Below, piece after piece: positions 62,938 to 64,000 of a DNA stretch of 64,000 bases. Position 1 is the stretch's first letter; each line of letters starts with the position of its first letter. Below the pieces are notes generated by a model, which worked only from the letters and a program-made list of their open reading frames with translations, ran no database searches and was not told the DNA's origin. Made by a program: the position numbers and the translations under genes. The stretch spans positions 14,198,001 to 14,262,000 of the forward strand of contig NC_043016.1 in assembly GCF_006345805.1 (NCBI RefSeq), given 5' to 3'. Origin of the DNA: Octopus sinensis. Lineage: Eukaryota.

Positions 62938-63137
62938 CACAAATATATATATATATACATACACAAATATATATATACATACACAAATATATATATATAT
63001 ACATACACAATATATATATATATATACATACACAATATATATATATATACATACACAAATATATATATATATACATACACATAAATATATATATATACAT
63101 ACACAAATATATATATATATACATACACAAATATATA

Positions 63138-63197
<60 letters not shown>
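62718..63197. repeat. Higher-order microsatellite, unit ACATACACAA(AT)n, ending in (CA)n
   Basis: Direct reading; roughly 17 units with variable AT length. Confidence 0.9.
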
Positions 63198-63198
<1 letters not shown>

Positions 63199-63229
63199 AT
63201 AGATATATGTATAAATCCAGATGCAATCA

Positions 63230-63655
63230 TATAGCTGAAACTCTAGTAGGGTTAGAAATGAAATTGCAGGTGTGGAAGCAAAACCTGGAATCAAAGGGCC
63301 TTAAAGTTAACTTAGTAAAGAACAAAGTTCAAGTAAGCAAAAACACACAGAACAATACTCTCTTCATGTGATTGATTCAGTTAGTTACTAGAAGAGATGT
63401 TAGTACACTGTATGAAATTTCTAGGAAGCACAAACTGTGGTCAAACAAGAGAATGCAGTGGAATCACAGAAAGGTTAAAAGAGAAAGTAGACTTTGTTGT
63501 TGTAGATGCACTGGTGAAATTACAACAAACAGGAAACAGATTTCTTCAAATGCCCATGAGGGCCCTTTAGGGGAAATAGGCAGTTTCTGTTAGCTAGTTA
63601 ACCAAACTAATTAACAATAGAAGAGGATACTCAGAAAGCATAGTTGCCGGAATAT
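63230..63655 (+). mobile_element. Old RTE LINE fragment (post-YADD region)
   Basis: [23 protein letters not shown] resembles 43710-43780. Confidence 0.7.
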
Positions 63656-64000
63656 CTGTCTCTCACCATTTCACATCTGACTTCATCCCTAGTATTGTGC
63701 ATCTCTTTTGCACACACACACACACACACTTCACATCATCTTTACAACCACATATTATCTCCCAGGCCGATACCCGCTACCCCCACCTGGTATTCATGAC
63801 TAATAATGCCTCAACCCAAGCTGATTACCCACTGAATTTCCCTTTATCCCCATCTCTATGCACCTGCCACTCACTCCACCCTCATGAACTCATTTACCTG
63901 CTCAAACAACTTCTCTTATATTCACCCCTATGTAACTTGAGGGTACACCCTGACACAACTTGACCACTACCACCTTTCTTTTTCAACTGGGGTAATCACA

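Overview
AT-rich animal genomic DNA, inferred to be coleoid cephalopod (probably Octopus) from its tRNA-derived SINE families, RTE LINEs and very large (TA)n/(TATG)n microsatellites. One clear protein-coding gene is present: a minus-strand BTB-BACK-Kelch gene (KLHL9/13/26/36-like, 593 aa, coding exons 28400-28265 and 25545-23900). Most other ORF-track entries are microsatellite or repeat artefacts. The rest is nested, decayed mobile DNA: RTE LINEs with a PHD-like finger after the RT core, an internally deleted Helitron with both termini, Tc1/mariner and pogo relics, TTAA MITEs, RLE-type LINE ends and three SINE families. The main unannotated signal is about 15 minimal type-I hammerhead ribozyme motifs from at least 7 sequence families. 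Most sit in inverted, Penelope-pLTR-like structures in or next to TA microsatellites. One family is a ~280-bp chimera of a tRNA-derived Pol III head, an (AAT)n linker and a hammerhead-bearing Penelope-like tail; it occurs at 4 loci, two with 13-bp target-site duplications, and may be a SINE/retrozyme mobilised by Penelope-like elements. All folds and alignments were done by eye; no database searches were run.
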